Assembly (NCBI GenBank): GCA_963827275.1
Contig: CAWHAA010000005.1
Coordinates: 576,001 to 640,000 of the forward strand
Source: an uncultured Spirochaetota bacterium
GTDB lineage: Bacteria; Spirochaetota; UBA4802; UBA5550
Reading direction: 5' to 3'
Length of the DNA stretch: 64,000 nucleotides
The notes beneath the pieces are model-generated. The model saw only the letters and a program-made list of their open reading frames with translations, did no database searches and was not told the origin of the DNA. This document shows, in pieces, positions 1-10,175 of this stretch. The translations under genes and the position numbers were made by a program. Every line of letters begins with the position of its first letter. Position 1 is the stretch's first letter.

Positions 1-1155
1 CCCAAGCCGGTCGAAAATGACCCGGAGCGGCGGCACGTGATAATGAACGACTGGCACTTCGGCAAGGTGTCGCGCATGCTGCACGAGCGCAACCTCTGCA
101 ATTACATTCCCATCACCTACCACCAGGGGCCGCGCATATGCCGCAAGTACCTCGACATCGACGTATCGATAATCACCGCCGCGCCGATGGACAAGAACGG
201 CTACTTCAACTTCGGGCTGGCGAATTCCGTCACCGGGTCGCACCTGTCGAAGTCGAAGACCATCATCGTTGAAACGAATGAGAGCGTCCCCTACTGCCTC
301 GGCGGGAACTACGAGTCGATCCATATCTCCGAGGTGGACCGGGTGGTGGAGGGCGGGAACAATCCCATGGTGGAGGTGCCGCCCGCCGAGCCGCGCGGCG
401 CCGACAGGGAGATTGCCGGCCATATCATGCGCGAGATCGAGGACGGGGCCACCCTCCAGCTCGGCATCGGGGGCCTTCCGAACACGATCGGCCGGCTGAT
501 CGCGGAGAGCGACCTCAAGGACCTGGGCATCCACACGGAGATGCTGGTGGATTCATGCGTCAACCTCTATGAATCGGGGCGCATCACCGGGCGGCACAAG
601 ATGGTGGACCGGTTCAAGATGACCTACACCTTCGCCCTGGGGACGCGCACGCTGTATGATTTCATGCACCTGAACCCGACCTGCGCGTCATACCCGGTCA
701 ATTACATCAACGACCCGCGGATCATCGCGTTCAACCCCAAGGTGGTCGCCATCAACAACGCCCTGGAGATCGACCTGTTCAGCCAGGTCTGCTCCGAATC
801 CGCCGGCACGCGGCAGATATCGGGCACGGGGGGCCAGCTCGATTTCATCTTCGGCGCGTTCCAGTCAAAGGGCGGGAAGGGGATCATATCGCTCAGCTCG
901 ACGCACACCGACAGCGCCGGCGTCGTCCATTCCCGTATCGTGCCGTTCCTGCGCCCGGGATCGATCGTCACCGTGCCGCGCTCCATCGTCCAGTATGTGG
1001 TCACCGAATACGGCATCGTGCAGCTCAAGGGATGTTCCACCTGGGAGCGGGCCGAAAAGCTGATAAGCATCGCCCACCCCGACTTCAGGGACGGGCTCGT
1101 CAGGCAGGCTGAGGAGATGAAGATATGGGTGAGGTCGAACAGGATCCGGGATTGA
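1..1155 (+). CDS. Acetyl-CoA hydrolase/transferase family (4-hydroxybutyrate/butyryl-CoA:acetate CoA-transferase-like), 5' truncated by window edge
   Basis: Motifs [33 protein letters not shown]; frame open from base 1. Confidence 0.9.
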   Translation, partial: PKPVENDPERRHVIMNDWHFGKVSRMLHERNLCNYIPITYHQGPRICRKYLDIDVSIITAAPMDKNGYFNFGLANSVTGSHLSKSKTIIVETNESVPYCLGGNYESIHISEVDRVVEGGNNPMVEVPPAEPRGADREIAGHIMREIEDGATLQLGIGGLPNTIGRLIAESDLKDLGIHTEMLVDSCVNLYESGRITGRHKMVDRFKMTYTFALGTRTLYDFMHLNPTCASYPVNYINDPRIIAFNPKVVAINNALEIDLFSQVCSESAGTRQISGTGGQLDFIFGAFQSKGGKGIISLSSTHTDSAGVVHSRIVPFLRPGSIVTVPRSIVQYVVTEYGIVQLKGCSTWERAEKLISIAHPDFRDGLVRQAEEMKIWVRSNRIRD

Positions 1156-1194
1156 CCGCCCGGCGCGAAGGCCGGGCGGGCGGAGCGGACGCCG

Positions 1195-2145
1195 CTACTT
1201 CTGGAGACGGTGACAGCGGTAGCACCCCTTCGGGCCGGAAGTTTGCCGGTGGCACCCCTGGCACTGCTGGTGATAGGCCGATTTCAGGTTGATCACGGCG
1301 TCCATGTCCTTCCTGGTGTGACAGGCAGAGCACTTTTTCATCGATCCCTTGTGGTGGCAATCGATACATTCGGTGTTGTACTCCTCGATGTGGGCCTTGT
1401 GATTGAACCGGATCTGCGGCAGGCGATGCCCGGTTTTATCGAGCAGAATGACAGCATTCCCTTCCTGGTACCCTGCGTTGACGCCGGCGTGGCACTCCCG
1501 GCATTTCACCGGTCCGCCCTTCTGCTTGTGGCACTCCTTGCAGAAATAATGAAGGATTTTCATCTTTGACTTGCCGACATGGCATTCCGAGCATTGTTTC
1601 GTCGGCGCCTCCTTCCCGGCGTCATGGTGACAGACATTGCATTGTATCTTCTGGTCGGCATGGATCCCGTGCTGTTTTTTATCGAAGGCGAAGGATTTCG
1701 CATACATTTTTTCAATATCTCTGTATTCCTGCTTTTCTGCCTTCTCCATATGGCACTCATTGCACCTTACCGGCCCGTCGTTTTTATTGCGATGGCACCC
1801 GATGCAGAATGTATGGAGATGCTGCGCGCCCTTCAGGCCCTTGTGGCAATACGAGCAGGTCTTGGTCCTTTCATCGTTAGACTTTTTATGATGACAGGTT
1901 ACGCAGGCGACTCCAGCTTTTTCATGCTGTTGGTGGGGCATTGTCACCCGGATGGTCGTCTCCAGGGTCTTTTTCATTCCCCGTGCGGCCTCTTCGCGGG
2001 AGACGAAAGCATTGACTTCTGTTATCGCAACCAGGTCAGTGCTGCTTGCGCTGTTCCTGCATGAACTGAAAACAGACAATGATAGAGACATAAAAAGGAG
2101 AAACAGCGCGGTGAGAATCGTTTTTTTCGGAGAAGCACATTCCAT
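1195..2145 (-). CDS. Multiheme (12 CxxCH) class III cytochrome c3-type protein, probable lipoprotein
   Basis: 12 CxxCH motifs in three groups of four, each group preceded by a His-rich segment (MPHQQH, QHGIH, FNHKAH); hydrophobic N-terminus ending VFSSC. Confidence 0.9.
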   Translation of the reverse strand: MECASPKKTILTALFLLFMSLSLSVFSSCRNSASSTDLVAITEVNAFVSREEAARGMKKTLETTIRVTMPHQQHEKAGVACVTCHHKKSNDERTKTCSYCHKGLKGAQHLHTFCIGCHRNKNDGPVRCNECHMEKAEKQEYRDIEKMYAKSFAFDKKQHGIHADQKIQCNVCHHDAGKEAPTKQCSECHVGKSKMKILHYFCKECHKQKGGPVKCRECHAGVNAGYQEGNAVILLDKTGHRLPQIRFNHKAHIEEYNTECIDCHHKGSMKKCSACHTRKDMDAVINLKSAYHQQCQGCHRQTSGPKGCYRCHRLQK

Positions 2146-2401
2146 GGAAGGCCTGCCAAATCTTTATAATATTTAAAACAAAGCTTCCCGCCCCGATCCC
2201 CTGACAATGATATATGTTATATAAAAAAGATGGGACGTCAATACATTTTTTTACGCCATCAGCGCGGGCAATGGACCGCACCCTGCTTTGCAGGGACAGC
2301 GCCGCGCGTTCCCATATTTAAAAAAACATTTGATTTATTGAAATGTTTATTATCGAAATACTCGAACGTCCCTGTATTCAGGGTCAAGATATAACAGTAC
2401 T

Positions 2402-3520
2402 ATGGCAGAAGCTTCCATACTAATCGCCGGTTATTTCATTCTCGGCTGCGCCGTTATCGCGGGATATAAAGCGATCGAGCAGGTGCTGGTCAGGCCGGCC
2501 GACACGCCGCATTACATGCTGGCGCTGCTCATGCTCTGCCTCTGTTATCTTCAGGCGGCGTTCGGCCTGTTTTTTACCGGTGCAACGGCCGCATTACCGG
2601 CCGGTCTGTTCATCACCGGGCTTATAGTTTTTTCCATCGCGTCCTACCTGGCCGCTCCCCTTGCCTACCTCTACTACCGGGCACTGGTCAACGCGCCGCG
2701 CGGCTACAGGGAATACCTGCATCTCGCACCGGCGGTCGCTGCGGCCCTGGTTGCCGTGCCCTACTGCCTTGCCCTCAGCCCGGCCCGGGCGGACATTATA
2801 CAGACAGACTTCTTTTACACAGACCATGATCCGCTGGTGCATGCCATCTTCACCGGCGCGGTACTGGTGGTCCTTTCATACCTGTTCGCCCTTATGAAAA
2901 TAGAATACTCCGTGCGCGGCAGCGCGTCAATCAGGCCCGTGGTGCGGTCGCTGTTCCTCATCACCGGCGGCCTGCTGGCTGTCCCCGCCGCCCTGTACGG
3001 GGGATTCCTCATTCACCAGATATGGTTAAGCGCGCTGGGCGCGGTGCTTTTCTGTGTAAACATACTCCTGTTCATATTCGCCCATGTCCGGTACCACGAT
3101 TTCTTCCGCTCGATGGGCAGGGAAATCAGGCTGGCACAGTACAGGAAGTCGCTCCTGAAGGGCCTTGACATGGACATCATACGCGAGCGGCTGAACCATC
3201 TGATGGAGCGGGAGCGATACTACCGCAACTTCGAGGTCAGCATGAAATCCGTCGCGGACGAGCTTTCCATCACACCCCACCAGCTGTCGATGTACCTGAA
3301 CAAAAAGCTGCGCATCGATTTCAGGAAATTCATAAACAGGTACCGTGTCGAAGAGGCCAAGGAGCTGCTTTCAGAAAACAACGGCCGGAACGTCCTCACG
3401 ATCGGCTTTCATGTCGGTTTTGGATCCAAGACCTCATTCAATGTCATCTTCAAGGAATTCACCGGCAAGACCCCGACCGAATACCGTGAAGAGCGGTTGA
3501 AACGCCCGCACGATGATTGA
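2402..3520 (+). CDS. AraC-family regulator with multi-TM N-terminal sensor
   Basis: About 7 hydrophobic segments, then AraC HTH (HQLSMYLN, FINRYRVEEAK, GFGSKTSFN, TPTEYR). Confidence 0.9.
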   Translation: MAEASILIAGYFILGCAVIAGYKAIEQVLVRPADTPHYMLALLMLCLCYLQAAFGLFFTGATAALPAGLFITGLIVFSIASYLAAPLAYLYYRALVNAPRGYREYLHLAPAVAAALVAVPYCLALSPARADIIQTDFFYTDHDPLVHAIFTGAVLVVLSYLFALMKIEYSVRGSASIRPVVRSLFLITGGLLAVPAALYGGFLIHQIWLSALGAVLFCVNILLFIFAHVRYHDFFRSMGREIRLAQYRKSLLKGLDMDIIRERLNHLMERERYYRNFEVSMKSVADELSITPHQLSMYLNKKLRIDFRKFINRYRVEEAKELLSENNGRNVLTIGFHVGFGSKTSFNVIFKEFTGKTPTEYREERLKRPHDD

Positions 3521-3708
3521 CCCGCCGCGACCGACCGGCATCCGCGTCAGACCCGGGGCACCCGCGGGCAGCATCCCGGGAGCTGAATTTTTATGGATCG
3601 CGGGTTTTTTTGGTTCGGAATTATAATCATGAACGACATCCCCCGAAAAAAATGGTACTCATTGCCTATTGCAGCACCGATTTCCATTTAAAAAGGAAGG
3701 AGAAAACA

Positions 3709-4272
3709 ATGAAAGAGATACCGGCCGACACCAGCGTCAGGGACCTGCTGCTGAAGCTAAGTCCCGAAATCGCCAGAGAAGCAATTGTATCCTCGGGAGC
3801 GGACAAAGAACTTGGAGGGACCGAGTTTTCCCTCGTCGTTGACGTTTCGGGTGACAAATACAGCTACCGGGTAAAGAACGGCACCGAGTTCGATATCAGG
3901 CAGGAGGACATCGACTCCCCGATGGTCCGCGTTAAGATCGACAGGGAATCCATCGAGAAGATGATCCAGACCAGCAGCCTGGACATGTTCCTCGGGATCC
4001 AGAGCGACCTCAACAGGAACAAGTACAACGTGCTGAAAAACATGAAGGGCAGTTTCGTCGCCGAGCTGACGAACGACGATGGAAGCATTCTCGCCATCGA
4101 AACCATATTCAACAACGCCACCGAGCCGAAAGCGGCTTTCAAGATGAGGACCGCGGACTCCATCGCCCTGACCAGGAAGGAGACGAACCCCGTTAATCTC
4201 TTCATGTCGGGGGCGATGAAAATAGAGGGGGACATGGCCTTCGCCATGTCGACGCAGCCGCTCTTCACATGA
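3709..4272 (+). CDS. SCP2 sterol/lipid-binding domain protein
   Basis: SD AAGGAG before ATG 3709; C-terminal NPVNLFMSGAMKIEGDM is SCP2-like. Confidence 0.7.
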   Translation: MKEIPADTSVRDLLLKLSPEIAREAIVSSGADKELGGTEFSLVVDVSGDKYSYRVKNGTEFDIRQEDIDSPMVRVKIDRESIEKMIQTSSLDMFLGIQSDLNRNKYNVLKNMKGSFVAELTNDDGSILAIETIFNNATEPKAAFKMRTADSIALTRKETNPVNLFMSGAMKIEGDMAFAMSTQPLFT

Positions 4273-4281
4273 TCAAGGGCC

Positions 4282-4508
4282 GGGGTCAGAGTAACCGGCC
4301 TGCCGATAACTATCGGTCATGTGCCTGCTCTGACCCCGGGGACTACCGATAACTATCAGTCGTATGCTTACTCTGACACCGGGGATTACCGATAACTATC
4401 GGGACCCCTCCTCAGGTGTCAGCGCAGCGATATGCCGATAATCGTTAAAAGTTGCTCTGACACCCGAATTTCACCGATAACTATCGGTCAGCCGGTTACT
4501 CTGACCCC
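4282..4508. repeat. Composite REP/MITE-like element: 18-bp perfect terminal inverted repeats, 6 motif-A and 5 motif-B copies
   Basis: GGGGTCAGAGTAACCGGC at 4282-4299 and its reverse complement at 4491-4508; CCGATAACTATCGG-type copies at 4303, 4346, 4389, 4435 (degenerate), 4474. Confidence 0.9.
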
Positions 4509-4529
4509 CCGGATTCACATGCGGCATGG

Positions 4530-4724
4530 TCACCCGATGATCTCCCTGACGCGCCCCACCCGCCCGTCCGCCAGCCGGACCTTGATCCCGCGCGGATGCA
4601 CGGCGGAATTGGTGAGCACGTCTTTCACAATCCCCTCGGTAAGGACGCCGGTGCGCTGATCCTGCTTCAGCACAATTTTTACTTTTAGCCCCGGCCTGAT
4701 GGCACCGCGCTGCGTTCCGTCCAT
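4530..4724 (-). CDS. YwbE family small protein (DUF2196)
   Basis: IVLKQDQRTG, TEGIVKDVLT, HPRGIKVRL, GRV signature. Confidence 0.85.
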   Translation of the reverse strand: MDGTQRGAIRPGLKVKIVLKQDQRTGVLTEGIVKDVLTNSAVHPRGIKVRLADGRVGRVREIIG

Positions 4725-4755
4725 GGCTTCTCCTGGCGAACGGGAAGTCGCCCGC

Positions 4756-6921
4756 TTATCTCACCTGCTTGATAACATCGCTCATCTGGCGGGACTTTTC
4801 CTTCACGACCGCCGTAAGCTCCAGGATGCTGCTGTTCGCGATCGATACTTCCCTGGCCATCTCTGCAAGCCGGCCAATGGTGACGATCGCCGAGCTGATG
4901 GTCCGGCTCTGCCTGTCCGTCGCGCTCTCGATATTCTTTGCAAGATCATCCATGAGCCCCGCCTGCGCGACGATCCGGTTGACCGCGCTGTCCTGGCCGA
5001 GCACGAGGTTCTTCACCTCCTCGGTGCGGTTGGTTATGGTAGTGATGATGCTGAATGACTGCTCGAGCTGTTTCTTGGTGTTGTTCATCAGATCCGTGCC
5101 CTCGGTGATATCACTGATAATCGAGGTAATCTGGCTCGATATCTGCTTTGAATTGTCGGAAGTGGCAAGGGCGAGCTTCCCGATTTCATCCGCGACCACC
5201 GCAAAGCCGCGGCCGTGCTCCCCGGCCCGCGCCGCCTCTATCGCGGCGTTGAGGGAGAGCAGGTTGATCCGGTCGGTTATATCATCGATAATATTCATGA
5301 ATTCATCTATCGATTTTCCTCCCCTGTTGATGAGGGTCATTTTATCGATCAGGTTTTTCAGCGTGACCTCGGTCTCGTTGTTGGATTTCGATATGAGCGA
5401 TATGCTCTCCGCGACCGCCTGGCTCGCCCTGGTGATCGACTCCTGCGACTTCTGGAGCCCGCCGGAAAGCTCGCGGGTCCTGCTCCCCTCGTCGCGCTGG
5501 TTGACAATCGATGACTGGAGGCGCTCGTATTCGCCCTTCAGCAGGTTGAATTCCGACGACATGTCGGCGCTGGTCTTTTCCTGCTCGCCGGACATCTGCG
5601 AAAATTTATCACTGATGGTTGCCAGCTCGCCGCTCACCGCGAGCATCTTGTCCGTCATGTCGCTGACCGTGTTCACCACCTGTTCGAGATCTATGGCCCG
5701 CTCCTTGGCCACCGATTCGCTCTTCTCGAGGTTCTTGTTAAGGGTGACGACCTTGTTGCGCATCACGTTTATGTTTTCCGCAAGCGCTCCGGAGAGAAGG
5801 ATCGCGGTCGCCGTCGACCCGATCTGTATGCTCCAGTTGGTCAGGAAGCTCGGGGGCAGCACGCCGAACGTCTTCAGCGTGTAGAATATAATGCCCGTCA
5901 GCATAAAAAGCCAGCTAAAAAGGAAGAGCCTGGCATCGCGGGAGCCGCGCGCCACGAGGACCGCCGCCATGACGATCATGGTTGTCGATCCGATCAGGGC
6001 AAATGCTGTCGCGCCCTTTATCCCGATCTGGTAGGGCGCAACCAGTGAAACGATGCTCAAAACAATGCCGGGGACAATCATGACACCAATCGCGATCTTG
6101 TCCGAAACAGGATATTTTCTTTTTGTCTGCATAAAGGTACGGACCATCATCCCGCACCCCGCGACGATAAGGGAGATAAAGAAAGGAAGGCACTTGTTTG
6201 CCCACCAGGTCAGCCCGGGCCAGAGGTGCTGAAACGCCAGGCCGTTCAGGGTAAACTGGAAAAGCATCCACGTGGCAATAAAAAATATATAATAGAAATA
6301 ATTCACGTTGCGCGTTAACAACAATATCATCAGGTTATAAACAAGCAGGGCGAACATGATGCCGTAATAAGCCCAGAAGACGGGGAGATCCTGCTTGATT
6401 TTTTCGATGTACGTATTGACCGACAAGGCCGTGAGGGAAAAGTTGATCGAGCTCGTTGTCTGAATGCGCAGGTAGTATATCCCCCGGTCCTCGGGCGGGT
6501 CAATCCTGAACATTATATTCCTGTCATTTACCTCGCGGCCTGAATGCGGCAGGAGGTCCCCGGATCTTTTTTTCGTGTATGAACCGGCCCCGTCGGGAGA
6601 AAAGAGATCCACATAATCGAGCATCGGGTAATCGAGCTCAATGAAAAGAGAGGGGTCTCTGTATCCCTCGTTCTCAATCGCGAAACGGAACCAGTATACG
6701 GATTTCGTGAAGCCGAAATTGACTGATTCAGTCGCCGTTCGCTTCCACGCGGCGGATCCTCGTGCCGCATTAAAAGACAGATCGCCGTTTTTATCTTCGA
6801 GATATTCCGCGTTTTTAAAAACCGGATAACGTTCAAAGTTTTTTATGATGCCGATCGGTTCAAGGCTAAAGACCCTCAAGGGGAGAAATAGAAATACGAG
6901 AGCACAGATGTAGTACCTCAT
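4756..6921 (-). CDS. Methyl-accepting chemotaxis protein with 7TMR-DISM extracellular and 7TM domains
   Basis: NFGFTKSVYWFRF DISMED2-like region, 7 [30 protein letters not shown]. Confidence 0.92.
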   Translation of the reverse strand: MRYYICALVFLFLPLRVFSLEPIGIIKNFERYPVFKNAEYLEDKNGDLSFNAARGSAAWKRTATESVNFGFTKSVYWFRFAIENEGYRDPSLFIELDYPMLDYVDLFSPDGAGSYTKKRSGDLLPHSGREVNDRNIMFRIDPPEDRGIYYLRIQTTSSINFSLTALSVNTYIEKIKQDLPVFWAYYGIMFALLVYNLMILLLTRNVNYFYYIFFIATWMLFQFTLNGLAFQHLWPGLTWWANKCLPFFISLIVAGCGMMVRTFMQTKRKYPVSDKIAIGVMIVPGIVLSIVSLVAPYQIGIKGATAFALIGSTTMIVMAAVLVARGSRDARLFLFSWLFMLTGIIFYTLKTFGVLPPSFLTNWSIQIGSTATAILLSGALAENINVMRNKVVTLNKNLEKSESVAKERAIDLEQVVNTVSDMTDKMLAVSGELATISDKFSQMSGEQEKTSADMSSEFNLLKGEYERLQSSIVNQRDEGSRTRELSGGLQKSQESITRASQAVAESISLISKSNNETEVTLKNLIDKMTLINRGGKSIDEFMNIIDDITDRINLLSLNAAIEAARAGEHGRGFAVVADEIGKLALATSDNSKQISSQITSIISDITEGTDLMNNTKKQLEQSFSIITTITNRTEEVKNLVLGQDSAVNRIVAQAGLMDDLAKNIESATDRQSRTISSAIVTIGRLAEMAREVSIANSSILELTAVVKEKSRQMSDVIKQVR

Positions 6922-7250
6922 CGGAGTAAACGCTTCCTTGTGATAGTGATTTGCTTATCAGTAGCCCATTAATATTGCATACGTCAAGCGAGTTTTTAAA
7001 AATCAGACAGATAAAGTATACACGTTGAACTTGACATGTGTAAATTATAAATTATTCTGTTATTGTACAGAAATTACGGGTCACGCAATGATATGAAAAT
7101 AAAATTACCCCGCGTGTCTCCTGCAGCAACGACCCCGGAGGTCAGACTGCTCGCAGAGCAGGCATTCTCCAGGGCAGCGTGCGCGGTTCGGCAGGAACTA
7201 TTTTTCATCCCGCCGCGATCATGACGCCGAACGCGCATACCGGCAACCAC

Positions 7251-7703
7251 TCACAGAAAATACTTGATGGCCCGCGCGGCAAAATATGCGCCGGCGATAA
7301 GAAAAAACGGGAGCGAGAGGAAAAACATAAGCAAATCGTAGAGACTGACCACGGAAGGATTGAGAACCTTTTTCCCGAAATAATTATAATGATAGTATTC
7401 GGGCAGCCCTGCCCGGTGTCGCACCCGCGCGAAGATCGAAATCTGGAGAAGGATGATGGCCGTCATCAGGGTCCCGGACATGAGCCAGATGAGCACCGAG
7501 CTGTCGATCTCGTCGATTTTCGCCGGTCTGAAGATACTGATAACGATGCATGTCCCGGCGATGATGACATTGATGACCGTGGTATCGAGGAACCTTCTCA
7601 GGAAGCGCTCCCTGTGCGTCCTGACATAGGCAATGAGGTAGTAGATATGCACCGTGAAAGTAACGGATAACAATAACAGAAGAATTATTATTACCATGCC
7701 CAT
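7251..7703 (-). CDS. Hypothetical membrane protein (about 4 TM)
   Basis: Four hydrophobic segments; start MGMVIII uncertain. Confidence 0.65.
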   Translation of the reverse strand: MGMVIIILLLLLSVTFTVHIYYLIAYVRTHRERFLRRFLDTTVINVIIAGTCIVISIFRPAKIDEIDSSVLIWLMSGTLMTAIILLQISIFARVRHRAGLPEYYHYNYFGKKVLNPSVVSLYDLLMFFLSLPFFLIAGAYFAARAIKYFL

Positions 7704-7828
7704 TCTCCCGCATTTCAGCCGCACCCACCGCACTGAAACGATGCACAAGGAAGCGCCGTTTCATCCCTTCTTACCATGTCCGCCGCCATCGTTTTTTGTC
7801 AAGGGTCTTTATTGAAAAAACACGCGCC

Positions 7829-9817
7829 TCATGGCAGCGAGAATTTACGCCGGATGTCCGCCAGCGCGATGAAGAAGCCGCTGTCCGGCGCGCCGGCAAC
7901 GCTGTAATCCGGGACCGGGACCCACCGGTGCCGCTGGTCATCAGGGATCATCACTCCCATGTCATCAACGATGGCATTGTACTCGATGGCCACCCCGCAG
8001 CGGCGGAGGTCTTTTACCGTGCCCGCCGCCCCGCGGGGCCAGTCGACATACTCGTACCGTTCCATGAAGGCGTCAGGCACCGCCTTCCATTCCTTCAGGG
8101 ACTCAAACACCTCCGCGGCCTCCTGCCTGGATAGCGACGTGTATATGAAAATCCTGCTGAAGTGCAGGAGGCAGAATTCGATAAACCCGTACAGGCCGGG
8201 ACGGGGGTGCCTGCCGCCGTAATCGGTCACGAGTGTCCCCTCGATGTCCAGGGTTATCGCCCGCCCCTCGACCGCCGTGATGCCCTCCAGGGCCTCCGCG
8301 GCCGTACGCGCAGAATCAAACCGCTCGGCAGGGTCTCCGGCGAGGCATCGCCTGAAGAAGCCGAGAAACTCGCGCGGGACGATGTTGCCATCGGCGATCT
8401 CCTCATAGGATTGCGCCGGCCGGCCGCAGAGCATCTGCGCGAACACCACGCCGAGTGAATAGATATCGCTCCGCGCCGACGCGGGGCCGCCCCGCAGCAG
8501 CTCCGGCGCGATGTAGCCGGCCGAGCCGACCCGCACGCCGCCGCGCGCCTCATCCCGGTCCCGGACAAAATCCCGTGAAATCCCGAAATCGATGATCCGT
8601 GGATTTCCTCCTGCGTCAAAAAGAATATTGTCCGGCTTGATATCGTTATGCGCGATCCCCTTCCCGTGGATATCATCAAGGATCCGGAGCAGGCTGACCG
8701 CCACCGCCCGTGCCTGGCCCGGCGGCAATACGCCGCGGTCCTCCATGACATCGCCGAGCGAACCCCCGCCGGCGAACTCCTCCTCGTAGACAAGGCCGAG
8801 CCCCTCCTGCGTGATTCGCACGGGCCGGACCACGCCGGGGTGCCCGATATCGCGCGCGTATCTCTCTTCATTGATAAAATGCCAGTAGTTTTCATCAAAG
8901 CCGCCGCCGCGGGACTCATAGGTCTTCAGCACGACGGGGACGCTCTTCCGGCGGTTCCATGCGAGATAGATGTCGGACATGCTCCCCTTCCATATCACGC
9001 CACCGACCGCGTAATCTCCGGCAGTGAAGCCGTCTGCATAGCGCACGCCGGGGTCCCTGATGCCGCCGAGCACCCTGTCTTCCTGCGCGAACGTCCCCGC
9101 GCGCGGCCGGCCTTCAAGGGGCATCTCCTCCGCCGGCGATCCAGGCACGCCGTCTTCCACGTATCGGCCGAGGGCGTTGCGGACAGAACGAAGCACCAGC
9201 AGGCCCCCCATCGGCTGGTCCGGCCTCCTCCGCCACACCATCAGGGGCCGGAGGGAAAGATAATCGCCGGTCATGATGTCCACGAGGAGCGGCGTGCCCT
9301 CAGCCGACCCTCCCACGGCGTCGTCCGACCAGATGAAATATTCCATGCGCGGGCCAAGCAGCACCCGCACGCCCTCGCGTTCAACACAGGCGATCCGGAA
9401 CCGGGTGAGGAACGCCACCGGCTCGAATGAAGCGAGGAGCGAGTCCCTGTCGCCGCGGTCCACGGCGCCGGGATACACGCCCGCATGCTGCAGGAGGCGG
9501 ACCGGGCTCGGCATGCCGGCCAAAGGGCCGAATGCGCCGGGCGCCAATTCAAGCCTGAGATCGCGGACCCCGGGAGGGCCCGGGAGTGCCGTCGGGTCGG
9601 CCGAAAGCCAGAGGGCCTGCCTGAGGGCGGCCACAAACCGCACCGCCGTGCCGGCGCACCATTCAATCTTGTTTCTGATCTCCTCGTCATTGCGGGCGTA
9701 GAGCGCGGATTCATAGGAGCGTGATATCGGTCTCGGCAGCCGGTACCGCGCAGCGAATTGCCGATCGAAAGCAGTTTCTTCAGGTCCCCTTTCCATCATG
9801 CAGATCTCCTGATTCAT
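7829..9817 (-). CDS. Ser/Thr protein kinase fused to C-terminal NIF/FCP1-like HAD phosphatase domain
   Basis: Kinase VVLK, HNDIKPDN, DFG, APE, SDIYSLG; C-terminal LDIEGTLV, RPGL, IYTS, KDL, IVDD. Confidence 0.8.
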   Translation of the reverse strand: MNQEICMMERGPEETAFDRQFAARYRLPRPISRSYESALYARNDEEIRNKIEWCAGTAVRFVAALRQALWLSADPTALPGPPGVRDLRLELAPGAFGPLAGMPSPVRLLQHAGVYPGAVDRGDRDSLLASFEPVAFLTRFRIACVEREGVRVLLGPRMEYFIWSDDAVGGSAEGTPLLVDIMTGDYLSLRPLMVWRRRPDQPMGGLLVLRSVRNALGRYVEDGVPGSPAEEMPLEGRPRAGTFAQEDRVLGGIRDPGVRYADGFTAGDYAVGGVIWKGSMSDIYLAWNRRKSVPVVLKTYESRGGGFDENYWHFINEERYARDIGHPGVVRPVRITQEGLGLVYEEEFAGGGSLGDVMEDRGVLPPGQARAVAVSLLRILDDIHGKGIAHNDIKPDNILFDAGGNPRIIDFGISRDFVRDRDEARGGVRVGSAGYIAPELLRGGPASARSDIYSLGVVFAQMLCGRPAQSYEEIADGNIVPREFLGFFRRCLAGDPAERFDSARTAAEALEGITAVEGRAITLDIEGTLVTDYGGRHPRPGLYGFIEFCLLHFSRIFIYTSLSRQEAAEVFESLKEWKAVPDAFMERYEYVDWPRGAAGTVKDLRRCGVAIEYNAIVDDMGVMIPDDQRHRWVPVPDYSVAGAPDSGFFIALADIRRKFSLP

Positions 9818-9847
9818 TAGGTCATTTGACGATACCCTGTCAATATA

Positions 9848-9890
9848 TTACTCTGACCCCCTCACTCATGCACTGATTTGCTCTGACCCC
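9848..9890 (-). repeat. Two motif-A copies 30 nt apart
   Basis: TTACTCTGACCCC 9848-9860 and TTGCTCTGACCCC 9878-9890. Confidence 0.85.
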
Positions 9891-10175
9891 GATTCTACCA
9901 TCATCCCCCTGAGATTTTCAAAAATAAATATACCAAAATGCATAAATTGTCATATTTTATACCTTGCTATGACAAAAAATTAACATAAATTAAAAAATGA
10001 ACTATCAAATTCAATGATAGGGTTGCATATATTATAATGTTTCCGGTTACTCAGATTTAATGATAAGCAGGGATAGCCGCTTTCTGTGATAATGAATTAT
10101 ATTATAATGAGAGTAAGTATGCATAGGGGCCATGACAATGATGAACAAAAATAAAAAACGATCAGGGAGACAGCT

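Noticed and set aside
4282..4508. CRISPR array, or the small ORF 4432-4659
   Set aside because: Repeats occur in mixed orientation with short related spacers; the ORF is a translation of repeat DNA running antisense into ywbE.
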